Shown: positions 24,756 through 37,989, counted from the first letter of the stretch. The stretch: DNA of 64,000 nucleotides from Paraspadella gotoi (GCA_051294375.1 CM119263.1:14745574-14809573), one strand, 5' to 3'. A program made the numbers and translations. The notes: generated by a model not told the origin, from the sequence alone.

Positions 24756-27307
24756 ACTCAACAGCATTTTGGTTTCACAAACATTGAGTTGGTGAGAGGA
24801 GAGAGAGAGAGAAAGAATAGTTTCGCAACAAAGAATTAAGAAAAGGATAGATGGGAGGAACAAAGAAGGTATGAGGACTAGGGGAGGAGAGAGGTGAATA
24901 AATTTGAAACTGACGGTAAGAGCAGCAGAGGGAAACATCCAACTACATTCTGGCTAATCTTATGAGCTCTTTTATATTTACTTATTTCCCTTACTTCTTA
25001 ATCTTATACATCCAACAACCACTTATTTTTCTAATTTCAATTTTACTTACATCTCATTATCTAACTTATTTCAAACCCTTATTTAATGATGCTATTGTAT
25101 TATTCTTGGAGTCTTAAAAATATACAGTTTGCGTTATATTTATAATCGTATCTTTGCTATGTATACTATGCTAATATAAATCGGGTTTTCCCTCTTACTT
25201 TCCTCATCTAATCGCTCTAGTCTCTTTTTAACTAGATTGTCCGAAGATCGTTGTATTCACATCGGCGCTCACACATCGATCCGGCTTCCCCTAGGCCTTC
25301 GACCGCATCTATATCTCCGCTGAGTCTACTCAGTATACTTCTGCACCCCAGACATATCGATTGTAGTCGTCTATCAATGTGCTGTCTGGTGGATGTACGG
25401 AATACTGTTGGTGAGACAGCATGTCCCGAAATCATAGGTGGCAGGTGATAGTCAGCCCGCCATGTTTACTCTGACTGGCTTGAGAGGACCAGTGATATAT
25501 CTTAGTGCACCCGCGAGCAGAGTCACACTGACAGCGATGAGATGCTTATCGAGCGGGACTCAGTCAACATAACAGTATGTCTTCAGAGTGCACCGATAAA
25601 CCAGCTTATTATTTAAATTGAAACATGCATATACGGTTAAGCACGTATGCACCGTCCGCCGCGTTGTGATTGGTGAGAGGCTCACCATCTGTCCAGTATT
25701 CGCATAGTAAGTAAGATCTCGTGTTTTCTTTAGAGCTAGCCGTAATGTCCTTCACTAATAGACGAATTGAGTGGAGACAATAAATTAAATGCTGCATTTG
25801 TCAATAATTTGTGGCTTCATATGTTTCTATTTACTTTGGAAATTCTTACCCATAAAATACGACATAAGACTAAACCTGCCAGTTTTTTCATTTACTCATA
25901 TATTAATTACTTTTTTTTATATTAAGATTCATCAAACTAGTTCATCACAGTTTTTTGCCTCATTTTTTCCCTTTTCTTTTTGTGTTTGACTTAAAAGAAA
26001 GAAGGTTTGTGATTGATGTTGTTCTGAACTAAATCAATCATATCTGTTTAAAAACCTATAGCATAATAAACTTGAACTGTAGTTAATAAGAGGTTTTATT
26101 ATAAGTTTAACACTAAGTTTAGACTTGCAATAAAAATAAAATGACCGTGCATCAGCTAGACCATGCAGCAAGCCTTTTACCATACCAATTATACTTTCTT
26201 ACAAACAACACCACTCTCATTCAAGGGTCATACACTACAAGCTTTCATCAAAGAGAGTCAAAATGATCGTAAACAGAAGGAAGAAAAGTTTTTGTTTACT
26301 AACTATTTCCAGGATATTTTTACATATACTTCTTACTTATCTTGGCCATTTAAATAAATCTATACAATGCCATACTTAATTAATAAATATAATATTGTTC
26401 CCCTTAGTTTATTATGTTTGATACATATTCACAAAACATTACTGATCAATAATATATGCAATCTAGCTATCTAATAAATGGCAAGACAAGTAGATCAAAA
26501 TTTTACTTTAATTTTATAAATAAATTTGAAATCTGTTTTAAAAAACAATAAAAGTTTACAATTTTCTTGCAGTAAAACAATTTAACCTCAATGGCACCAA
26601 AAGTAGTAATTTCGGCCATTTTCCAACACGTTTTTGATATTACTAAAAGCATAAGACTCAGCAGATTCTGAAATATTGATATTTTAACTAAATTGATAAG
26701 TTCTCATTGTAATAAAAGGCGCAAAATTTAAGCCATAAAGAGCTCAAAAAATTTTAAAAAAAGTTATGGAGAATAAATTATAAATTAAAACCATTTTTTA
26801 TTTCTTTTTAGTTTTTTAAAGTTTTAATATTGTTATTTTGATTTTATTTTTAGTAAAGTACTGCTAAATATTATTTTTTTAAATTATTTAAATCTCACAA
26901 AATTTTAGGAATAATTTTAGTAAAGTATTTTATTCAAACTAATGATCATCTTATATTTTTAATATTATATAATATTATATTATAATAAATTTTTATTAAA
27001 ATAAAGGTTTTAAATAAAAAAATATAAGGTCTACATCAAAAAATATATTTCAAAATCAAATCAAGTATTGATTTAATCATTATTTTATTAAAAAAATCCA
27101 TTAAATTAATATCACATATATAAGATTAAACGATCAAAGAAAAAACCGCAAAGTACTCGATCACTTAGAAAACGTCTGGAGAGTTCCTTTCGGTCCAGTT
27201 TTTTCAGTTTATGATCAGTCCCAATGTCTTCTACAGACAAAAAAGAACCTAATAAAATGAAGTCGTGAACCACTTCATCTGGTGTAATTAAAAATTTGGG
27301 TAACTCT

Positions 27308-29789
27308 AGTTCACACCGAATGTTTCGTGACTTAATACTAAATTTAATAAAGCTCAAGATTGGTATTTTACCGCGTTAAACGTTTACAGAGAAATATCAA
27401 TATCGCCTAAAAAGTATGGTCACGTGACGTGACGGGAAGATGCGAAAATTAATAAAGAATTTTATAAGAAGAAAGAAACCGAAGATCATAAACGAACTAC
27501 TAAAAATGATTTGATTAAATAAACTTTGTCTGGGCTATTGTCGCTATGGCCTGATCCGTTCGAACATTTTGTGAACAGGCTAGTTTCTCAAAAGTTGCCT
27601 CTAATAAAAAGTTAAAAAAAAAAAAAAAAAAACCTGTCTCTGTCTTTTTAAGAAAACATTATTTCGACAAACTCGTTACGAACCAGAGAAAGAAATTGGC
27701 TTCAATATTTTATGTTTTTCCGGTTGAAATCAACAGCGAGAAAAACTGCGTCTTCGACGTTCTGCGCCAAGTTCCTTTTGGAAGGGGGGGGGGGGAGAAG
27801 CCTCTCTCCATCCAATCGGGTTGCTGTAACACAGATGCCACCGCGCCGCCGCCGCCGCGCCGCGCCCGGCCCAGCAGGCGACGCTGCCGCAAGGAGGCTG
27901 CGCCGCAGCCGTCGAGGCCACCGCCGCCTCAAAGCGCCTTTCCGATCCAAATCTTGTGGTTCGACATTTAAAGCTTTTTTTCGACATAAATGACAAACAA
28001 TGTGGCGAAGAGGAGAGGAGAATCATCAAAGAGAAAGAGAGACAGATGGAGAGAACAGAGAGAGAGAGATGAAGGAAGAAAAAAATTGAAATTTAGGCAG
28101 ACGTTTGACTTTGAAAGTATTACTGTGCTCCGTAGAACGAACAAATAAGTACATAACAAAACAAAACAATTTAATACAAACGAATTCTCCATTTCACTTT
28201 ACTGAACATTGTCGAAAATTGTTCAATTCTCGCTTTTTATTTTTTAAACTTAAAATACTAAAGTGTTGTAAGATAAACTATTTTACAATATAATATGTAT
28301 ATATATATTTATATATATCTAACCTTTCCCCAGTATGTATCCCTAATGTCAGAACATAAAATTCTACCATGGTAGTCTTTATCCTATTGGTATAATATTC
28401 ACTAGAAATCATATATACATTGGCAACCCTAAATAAAATTATTAATCCATTCCTCGATATTATCTGCGGTAATAGGTTCCCTTGTCTAGAGTAAATATGG
28501 ATTTTTCCATTATGACTTTCTAAAACAGAAAGGATGTGTGATATTTCTATGATTAGAAAACTAGGACAGATAGTAATCTAAAGACCTATTGCCTGTTCGT
28601 CATCAAGATCGCTCCCACGCTCGCTATTGCATCCATAGAAAGACGCACAGACTGGACCTTCCACCTTCCTCAGATATTGAACTTTAGATTAAATAAGGAA
28701 AGATCTTGTAAAAAAGAAAGCAAATATATATTTGTTAAAACTAATGTATAGATTAAATACTAATCCTTCATAAAAAGAGAAGTATAAAATCCAAGCATGT
28801 AGTCAGGGGCATATGGACCTAGGGTTCCACGACCTGCTTGGAATCAATGAACCAGAGCTTGCTCAGGATTGGGTGACCCGCGATGAGCTCATTGATGTTA
28901 ATACAGGCCCATCCACAGCTGCAGATCGTCGACTACCGAGCGCAGATTAGATGGTTAGACAGTCAGGAGAGACAGGGACGTAAGAGGACGACGGTGATCC
29001 GCAGGAGTCTTTATTGCTCATCATCAGCAGACTTCACTGCTGATTGTCAAGGTGCGTTTCAATCAACACACCCGCCAGACGAGTACCTAACAGGAGGATA
29101 CGATCTGATCGAGGCGAAGCGTGAGGATCGATATGGGGCTCGGATTAGAGACCGAGTCGCTTGGCCGGTGACAATGCGCAAAGAACCCTCACAAGGACCT
29201 AGGTTTCAAGCCCAGGGTACCGCCGTTTGCATGGCTGCTAGGAAGGGAGGTTATAGAAGTCTACGGACAGTCTTGCTATCAGCCGCAGCGGAGTAGCGGC
29301 CTTAATCCACACAAATATAAGAAATAGTGAAACAAGTAATTTGCAAAATTTTCATACTCAAATACAAAACTCAAAACCTAGACATAAACAATGAAAAAAG
29401 AAGGTATTTAGTAGTTGAATACATGTATAGTGGAGTTATTATAAATGTATTAAATTTTACGGAAAAAAAAACTTTGTTTCGCGCATCGCAAAAGTTTCGA
29501 AAAAGTCGTTTGTTTTTGTTTTCAGGTTATTTTTGTACGAATGACAGCGAAAAGCCGAATGGGTAGCAGAGGGGAGCTGAAGGCCGGATTGACCAGGGGG
29601 GGGAGGGGCGTGACATGAAGCAGGATGATGACTTCCACAGAGCGATGACAGTGGCGTCACGGTAGGGGGGAGGGACGAGGCGTGAGTTTGGGTCTCATGC
29701 GCAGGAGCGAGATATGTTTTGATTTGGCTCAGGAGCGGAGACGGGCTTTCCTTGTCGCGGCTCAGGATCAGAAATGTTTTGGGAGAGAG

Positions 29790-29828
<39 letters not shown>

Positions 29829-31014
29829 TGCGTGCGTGACGGGTTGATGCTGGAGCGAGTGGTGGGCGAAGAGTTTGACGGAGGAGAACCAAGTGGGGTT
29901 GACGATCGAGGCTGGAGCAGAGAGTTGGCGTTTAGTCGGAGCGGCCTCGGTGCGTTGGCCAGACGTTCATTACTGGAACAGCAGGTGGAAAAAGCTTTTG
30001 ATGTTGGAGCGGGGGATGGGCGTTGACGGAGGAGCGATCGTAGAAAGAGAAAGGATCTTTGAGGGGCGGAAAGATACGACGACGACGACGACGACGACGA
30101 CGACGTCGGCGACGCTTCATTCGAACAAATCGACTTCTGAACGAAACCAAAACAAATAAATCTCTCAAACGAGATGCGGAGAGGGAGTGGCGACCGCGTG
30201 GCGGTGAGAGCAGGTGGGCGAGGTGCTCTCTGCCGAGTGGGGTGGGGGTGTGTCGATGAAACAAGTGATCTTTGACGGAGAGTTTTATAAGAGAGAGAGA
30301 CTGAATATCCGTTAAAGATGAGAAGGTGAGTCGTGAATGGCTTAAAAAGAGTGAGTTTGATTTGATGTTTGTTCAAAACTCTTTTCTGAACTTATTCAGT
30401 CGGAACGTATGTGTGTTGAGTAAATGTTGAGAGGATGTCATGTTAACCCAAGTGAGAAATGGGAAGCACCATGCAAGGAGTGAGAAGGAGTTGGAAAATT
30501 TTGAGAAAAAATTGGCGTGGCGAACGGAAAAGCGTTGGAAACGAATGGGGTCACCAAAAGACGTCAGCGGCTGACGTTTTTTGAAGTCGGCAATCTGGTG
30601 ATAAGCCGGTTCAGTTTGAGGCCACCTTTGTCGCCGCAGGTTCAAAAACAGGGCTTCCGCCATTTATGAGGCGGGAACTCCTCGAGACCTCATGCTCGCG
30701 AAATGAATTATAAAAAAATGAGAGGTTGAATAAACCGGAAAGAAAATGAGCGCATGAAAGAAAAGGAAGAAGAGAAAAAAGAAAATGAAAAAAAAAGTCC
30801 GAGACTTAATGGAGAACGACTCCCTCTCGCGGGAAAAGAAAAAAAAAGAATAAAAAGAAGAAGGAAAGAGGAAGAGGTTAAGATAGTCCGCGAAGAAATG
30901 CCTCGGACGAAGAGATAGAAAGGAAAACGCAAATAGAGAGGAAACGGTCAGTGAGCTAATTTGAAGGAGCGGGAGAGAGAGAGAGAAGAGAGCTAAAAGG
31001 AGTCAGAAAGGGCG
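27308..31014. repeat. Partial copy 3 of the ~5.4-kb segment, with an extra ~520-bp insert (28790-29310)
   Basis: Starts at gttcacaccgaatgtttcgtgac (= ~19165) and ends at gtcagaaagggcg (= 17219). Confidence 0.95.
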
Positions 31015-31543
31015 NNNNNNNNNNNNNNNNNNNNNNNNNNNNNNNNNNNNNNNNNNNNNNNNNNNNNNNNNNNNNNNNNNNNNNNNNNNNNNNNNNNNNN
31101 NNNNNNNNNNNNNNNNNNNNNNNNNNNNNNNNNNNNNNNNNNNNNNNNNNNNNNNNNNNNNNNNNNNNNNNNNNNNNNNNNNNNNNNNNNNNNNNNNNNN
31201 NNNNNNNNAGAGTCACCTCTCCTTCACAAGCACCTCATTCTGAGCCCAATCCTCGGCGAGCCTCTTTTCACTTCCTTCTTCCTTAATTTTTTCTACTTTT
31301 TTAACAACATTTTTCCTTTTTTTCCTTAAAGACTTTTTCAGCTTTGCGCCTTTTTTTTCCTCCTTTTTTCTCCCTTTTACCTTTTAATCATCTCGTGTTC
31401 TTTCTTTCCCGCTTTTTTCTGAACTTTCCCAGTTTTTTTTTTCTCTCACTACGTATTTTTCTCACTTATTTTTCCTCGCTCTAATCTCCGCCTTTTTTCT
31501 CATTGATTTCTTTTCTCTGCTAATCCTCTCTCGACTCAAATTA

Positions 31544-31603
31544 TCACGTGACCCACGACGTGAAATTTCACGTGACCCATCGTGGGGTAATGTCACGTGA
31601 CCC
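31544..31603. promoter_or_regulatory. Three TCACGTGACCC motifs spaced 24-25 bp apart (CLEAR/USF-type E-boxes)
   Basis: Motifs at 31544, 31568 and 31593. Confidence 0.45.
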
Positions 31604-32029
31604 GTGACATAACGACCGCGTCATGTATTCGTGGCTCCACTTAATTTGTTCACAATAATTTCTACATTCAAAACACTTATATTTATAAAACTGTTAAAAA
31701 TCCGCGATTAAATGCATAGATTTATATGTATGAATAAATGACCGAACTTTTTTGGGTTCCCAATTTGAACATTGAATGTAAAATAACAAAATACAAATGT
31801 CCGAGGAATGTGATCTTAACGTTTTTAAACGAAAATACAAGTGACTGAATTAGTCTCCCGGTATTTCAAGGCCCGTTTACAATGCGTATCACGTTTTTGC
31901 TCATTTGTACCTCATATTTTTTAAAGCCGGTTCAACCGTCGTTTAACAAAAATGCTGTTCCCTCAAAAATGGCCCCTGGAAAGCCTTTTTCCCTTTTTTT
32001 TAATATTTTAACTCAACTGGGAAAATGTG

Positions 32030-32105
32030 CGAGAGAGAGAGAGAGAGAGAAGAGAGGAGAGGAGAGAGAGAGAGAGAGACAAAGTCAGACAGAGAAAGAA
32101 AGAGA

Positions 32106-32146
<41 letters not shown>

Positions 32147-32172
32147 AAGTCAGACAGAAGAAGAAAGAGAGG

Positions 32173-32220
<48 letters not shown>

Positions 32221-32257
32221 AGAGAGAGAGAAAAAAGCAGAAAGAGAAAGAAAGAAG

Positions 32258-32302
<45 letters not shown>

Positions 32303-32318
32303 CAGAGAGAAAGAAAGA

Positions 32319-32357
<39 letters not shown>

Positions 32358-32384
32358 AGTCAGACAGAGAAAGAAAGAAGGAGG

Positions 32385-32427
<43 letters not shown>

Positions 32428-32511
32428 AATCAGACAGAGAAAGAAAGAGAGGGAGAAGAGAGAGATGAGAGAGAGAGAAAGAGAGAAAGAGAGCATAGAA
32501 GAGAGATAGAA

Positions 32512-32582
<71 letters not shown>

Positions 32583-32618
32583 TCAGACAAGAGAAAGAAA
32601 GAGAGGGAGAGAGAGAGG
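32030..32618. repeat. Compound satellite: (GA)n interrupted about six times by CAAAGTCAGACAGAGAAAGAAAGAG
   Basis: Units near 32080, 32145, 32298, 32355, 32426 and 32579. Confidence 0.9.
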
Positions 32619-33697
32619 TATCTCTTTTGTGTGCGTGGGACGAAACGAAGAGGAAAAGAAGAGAACAAAGGAATTTTTCACCCACGAAGTGAATGAGAGA
32701 AAAAAAAAAGGAAGAAAAAGAATAAAAAGAAGGAGAAGAGGAGGAGGAAAAAGATGAAGAGGAGGAGGAAGAGGAAGAGAAGAACAGGAAAAAAAAATAA
32801 AATAATGGGAATTATTATGGGATGGCATTACTACGGGAGATTCTTCCTTCCTCTCTCTCTCTCTCTGTCTCTCTCTCTCGTACATCCGGATGAGAAAAAC
32901 CGTAAAACATCCAAATTCTCATAGAAATTAAAAGGAGAGAGAAAAAAGAGGATCGAAAAAAAAGGAGGAACTTAAGAGAAGAGGAGAGTTTAAAGAGTTA
33001 GACGGTGGTGAAAAAAAAAACTTGAGAGATAATAAGCATTAAGCGGGAAGGTTCTAAATTAGGGTGGAGAGAGAATAGAGAATTTGGATGGTCGAAAATA
33101 AAGAATAATGGAGAAATGAAAAGGAAAAGAAAAGATTATGTGAGATTAGGCGCGAGCATTAAAAAAAGAATATATAAGCTGATTGAGTAAATGGTACAGA
33201 GAGAAAGATAGAAGTTCACGTTAAAAAATAAAATGGCGTGAATATATAAAGAAAAGGAAATAAAAATTTGTACAAAGTCAAAGAAAGGAAGGTTGAGATA
33301 AAATTTGAGCAAAAATCCAAATAAAAAGATTCAAAACGGAGGGGGGGGGGAGGCGGAGAAATGAAAATGAAAGAAGGAAATGAGATAAAATAAAAAATGT
33401 CGGAGGAAAAACCAAAGTACAAATATTCAAAGAATTCAAAGAATCTAGTGGATCGGGTGGCGGGTGGGGGATGAAGGGATAAATTGCCAAACCACCCCTT
33501 ACCCCCTCATCTCGTGTCGTCGCTACAAGAAATGAGAAAGAAATGAAAAACAAACAGAGAAAGAAGGAAGTTTGCTGACGAGAAAATGCAATGAAAAACA
33601 AAAACAAAACCCGAGAAGAGGTAAGGCAAGAAAAAAAGGCGAGGAAAGCCCCGAGGAAATCGCGACCGCTGCTGACGCTGTAACCATTAATACTTAC

Positions 33698-33763
33698 CCA
33701 TTGTTGGAGAATGACTACCGACGGAGAAGGAAAAACCCGGAAAACGTGGGTCCAGTCCAGAGG
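33698..33763 (-). CDS. 66-nt exon of an unidentified gene (ASGLDPRFPGFSFSVGSHSPTM)
   Basis: ctctctatttcAG acceptor, GTAAGT donor, phase 1-1, in frame with the 33905-34013 exon. Confidence 0.6.
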
Positions 33764-33904
33764 CTGAAATAGAGAGTCTCCCTCGGCGCTCCCTTGAATT
33801 ATGTCTCGCCATCGCAGATTATCCCTTTTTTTATGGGTCCGCCCCATCGAGTATTCCTGGTTCAATCCTACCTCGTAACCTCCTTGACATACATCTTGTC
33901 TTAC

Positions 33905-34013
33905 CTCCGCCGCTCGGTTTGGCGGGGCGCCGCGGCGGGCTTCCCCAGCTACCGCCGACGCCGCAGGCGCCGTCGCCGTCGCCGTCGCCGCCGGGGTCAT
34001 CTTCCATTTCCAT
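33905..34013 (-). CDS. Exon of the same unidentified gene (MEMEDDPGGDGDGDGACGVGGSWGSPPRRPAKPSGG)
   Basis: GC-rich open frame ending GGAG|GTAAGA; 141-nt intron to the next exon; 5' boundary uncertain. Confidence 0.55.
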
Positions 34014-34651
34014 TTCCCAGTTTTTGTTTCGCGTTTTCGTATTGAGAGACGCGAGCTGCGGTTATTTCTTTTCCCTTGTCTTTCGTCGTCGCTCTAAAGT
34101 GTCGTTAGCTTTCATAACGTGGCCTAAAGTCTTGGGTTTGCGGCAGAGCAGTCCAAAATTTTGCACAGTGTTAAGTAGAGAAAAAGAATATATATTTAAA
34201 AAGTTCGCTAAAAAAACTTGACGTCATATTTGAAAATAATTTTGGAAAACGCTTCACTAAAAATGTAAACCAAGTTTTGATTCCATTTGCTTTCCTGATT
34301 TCTATAGATTCTTTCATAAAAAGTGGTTAATGTTATTTTATACCCTTGCTTTAATTTGGTTCAAAAAATGTAACTACCAAATTAGTATTTGAAGAATTGG
34401 TATAAAATTTTTTTTCATTGCACGACAACAACAACAAAATTTCCTATTGAGTCTTTATGCTAATGACCTATCTCCAGACCTTGGCATAAAATATCGTTGT
34501 TGTACCAAGCGAGGTACAGAGATTAATGTAGCGAAATGTAGAACGGAGTGAGGAAGAAGAAAGGAAATGTTTTGTCGTTTTCCAGGGAAAGGATTCTTCC
34601 AGTTCTTCCTCTTCACACTTATGGCCGGGTTGCCTGCGATGCCCATTGGGA

Positions 34652-34850
34652 TGTTGGCTTTGGGGGCTTCAGACCCTCAGTGACGCCTCCAGTCACTGGC
34701 GCGGTTATCCTTGGACAGTCTCGCTTTTCCAACGCACAGGGAAATCGTTGTGGATGGAACACAAAGCCTGGGATGGTGTGTTCCCCTTCTGAGCCAATGG
34801 TATTGGCTGAACTATGGTGGATGTGAGGCGGTGTCAATATACCGCCACAC
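34652..34850 (+). ncRNA. ~200-nt multi-hairpin structured element, copy A (unclassified ncRNA or retroposon-derived RNA module)
   Basis: Stems GTTGG/CCAAC, TGGGGG/CCCTCA, CAGTGAC/GTCACTG, GGAACACA/TGTGTTCC, AGCCAAT/ATTGGCT and GGCGGTGT/ATACCGCC; homologous to 37990-38202 with unrelated flanks. Confidence 0.55.
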
Positions 34851-36374
34851 TCTCCTCGATTCCTCTTCATTCGAGCAAAATTGAAAGTGAAAATCTTTTT
34901 CTTTTGCAATCGAGTTGATCGTCTCCTGATAATGCTTGTTTGTTTCGTTAAAAGGAGAGGAAAAAAAAATTAGCAAGAGAAAACTGCTTCGTCGTCGTCG
35001 TCACCACTTTCTTGTCCTCCCGCGGTGGTGATTGTCAATAAAAGCCGGCAAAGCAACAAACAGAAAGGCGTTTTTGTCGTTAAAAAGTACAAGTAAATGT
35101 TCACTTCTCGAATTGATTCGAAGCGAGTGGCCGAGTGGGTGGGGAGCGCGCCGAGGCGACGATGCCGATTCGGATTCAATTTTTTAAAATCTCGAGACGA
35201 AGCTTCTTTCCACTGAATGTCTACCGCAGCTGCGATTGCAGCTTCCCACGCATCAGCGGCGACGCCGAGTTTTGGAGCACGAGGCGGTCGAGGCGGTCGA
35301 AGCGCTCGGTGACACCGGCGTCGTTTCCGCGCGTCGTCGGCGTCACCGATTCGACGCCAATACCGACGCCGACGCCGACGCCGGCAGAAAAAAAAAATCC
35401 CTCATGTGGCGATAAAATCCCAGAACTTTGAATATCGCCGTCGTCGTCGTCATCGTCGTCGTTATCGTTGTCCTCGTCGTCGTCACCACTTTTTTGTCCT
35501 CTTTTTTTTTCCTCCTCGTCCGTCGCACAATATCTTGGCAACCGATTTGTCATCCGAATGACAAATAACTAATACCTAAATCCCTCGTTTTCCCAAGATT
35601 TTTCAACGGTTTTTCTCTCTTAGACGGCGACGACGACGACAAAGACGTCGACAGCGATAATGACGTCGTGACGTCGTGATTGAGACGGTGACGGCGACGC
35701 GGTCAGTGACCGTCACTGCCACGAACGACTAACGACGCTCTCGATTTAAAAAAAAAACCTACAAGTTGTAGGTTAAAACGCAATAGGGAGAATTGCATTG
35801 CTAAAAATGTCGATGGTTTCGATTCGCAACTGCAACTGCAATGGCGTCGACATTGGCCACGGCGTCATCGATAACGACGCAGTTAATGAGTTTTTTTTTT
35901 TTTTTTTTTTTTACTGTCTCAGGTTTGAATCCTAAAGTAAACCGCAATTTTTCGAAGGCGTGCGCGCACAGGCAGAGTCAATGTCCTGGGTGCGTACGTG
36001 CGACGGTTTTCCGTGCGAGCAAAATCTAATTTAGTCGCGTCGCACGGAACCGGGTTTAATGAGAATTCTTTCCGGTAGAAGAGTATCGACATAAAAGTCT
36101 TTAGTAATTTCTAATTTAGACTCAAAGAAGAGGTTTTCATTAGTAAAACCTATTTTTTGTGATAATGAAAATGATGAACGGAGTCATCGTCGTCGTTGTC
36201 TAAAACATCTTTATTTTTTCTCTTCTAATGAAAAAAGAAAAAAAAACATTTAATGAAATTAGAAAGAATCCATGCATTTTTTTTCAGCGTTTTTTTTTTA
36301 AACCTAGAAATTATGTAATATGTATACCATTGCGTGGCGCTGAACCACAGCCTTCAACTTGGGGCATTCGCGAC

Positions 36375-36485
<111 letters not shown>

Positions 36486-37455
36486 GCCTCGAGTAGACGC
36501 CTCGGGTCACCCTCGAGTCAAAACGCCGAACGTATTTCACGTCGAAGGAAAAAAAAACTTTTTCACTTTCTTCGCAACGACGATGATGATTACGACGACG
36601 ACGATGACGACGACGACGAGGAAAACGAGGTCGAAGGCGAAGACGACGACGACGATGACGAAGATGAAAATGAGGGTTTGACGGTGATGAGTTTGAGAAC
36701 TTAAATACCAAGAATAGTATTATAGTATTAAATAAAGTGAAAGGGATATATATAAATACTAGAGATCACATCTGTAAAGAAAGTCTAAGCAAAATAGTAA
36801 TTAAGGAACAAATGTAACGAAATCGTAAACGAATTGTAAAAAATCGGTTGATGAAAAAAACCAACAGAACAAGAATGAAACATAAAACGCGAGCGACGAA
36901 CGCAGTCGAGTCTGTCCAACTTGACAAGAATTTGAAAAACGTCAAATTTGAAATGTAACAAGTAGTGATGTAGGGAAGGAAATGGCAAAATAGAAATACA
37001 TGGAAGTATGGAAAAGTATGGAAATAATAAGGAAAAATGAAAGTTAAAAAAATGTAAATATCCTGCGAAAAAGATAAGTGTACTGGTACAAGAAAACTCA
37101 ATCAGAAAAGAATCTAGGATTTTAGAAAATGCTCTCCCCTGAAATAAATCTCTCTCCAGTCTCCAGACTCATTTATCCCCATTTTTTTTCTCATTATTAA
37201 TCGCGAAACTTTTTTTTTTCTCATCTCGATAATTTCCCGGGATTTTTCAAATCGTCCCTCCTTTTTTTTCGTCTCTTTTGAATCCGATTTAAAAAAAAAA
37301 AAGGAAACAAAAGACAAGCTCGACGCTCGACGCCGATGAATCCGACTGTCACGATATGAGGCAAGCGACGCCATTTTCGTTCCACTCACCTACGCAGCGT
37401 CGCCGCCGTTTTGATTCCAGCAAAACAATTTTTTTTTCTCTCCCCGCCGTTTTCA

Positions 37456-37545
<90 letters not shown>

Positions 37546-37989
37546 AATTGCGTTTTGCTCTCCGCTCTGTCGAATCCCAGCGATATCCGTCGGATTTGAA
37601 GCCGACATTTCAATCCCCCGTTAATCTCCTCTTCTCCCTCTCATCCTCCCACCCTCGCTTTTTCTTCTTCCCTTACTTTGACTTCGGTCTTTCCCCCCTC
37701 CCATCTTTCTCTTTCCTCTTCTCATTAGCGCCCACACCAAGCCAGCCCCCCCCCCACCGAAGGCGAGGGGGAGAGTAATTAATGCGCGGTGTCCGATTCT
37801 TCGCCGCAACATTGGCGCAACATTATTACGTCATTGTCTCTTCCGGATTTTAATTGTGACGCAATGATGAGTGATTATTAGCTTCGACTCTTTTCTTCCA
37901 AGAATTTCTCTTATAAATGTTTGTTTGTTCATCTACGATAGGTTTTACGGCTTTTTTGATTTATCATTACCAAATATGAGAATTTCCAT

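Larger units (their letters stand above)
22534..25220. mobile_element. Block of inverted, diverged copies of one repeat carrying hammerhead motifs; Penelope-like pLTR-type remnants
   Basis: 22534-22792 is the reverse complement of ~23279-23520; ~24700-24940 is a diverged inverted copy of ~23550-23790 (shared aattctttgttg, ctcaatgtttgtgaa, gctgatgaa); ~24964-25220 is another forward copy. No RT or GIY-YIG ORF is visible. Confidence 0.5.

Noticed and set aside
29768-30376. 202-aa Ser/Pro-rich minus-strand ORF, and the GC-rich ORFs at ~14.2, 19.6 and 27.7 kb
   Set aside because: Frames are not preserved among the three copies and there are no clear splice sites or domains; coding status cannot be supported, though it is not excluded.
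31882-32757. 291-aa RE-rich ORF and the many similar RE/SL/LS-repeat ORFs across the window
   Set aside because: These are translations of (GA)n/(CT)n microsatellites, which lack stop codons.
34652-34850. Structured element interpreted as a solo LTR, 7SK or a repeated coding exon
   Set aside because: TG..CA ends but no TSD in either copy; the GGATGTGAGG match to 7SK lacks the GATC motifs; substitutions between copies are not synonymous-biased and the linker indel shifts frame.
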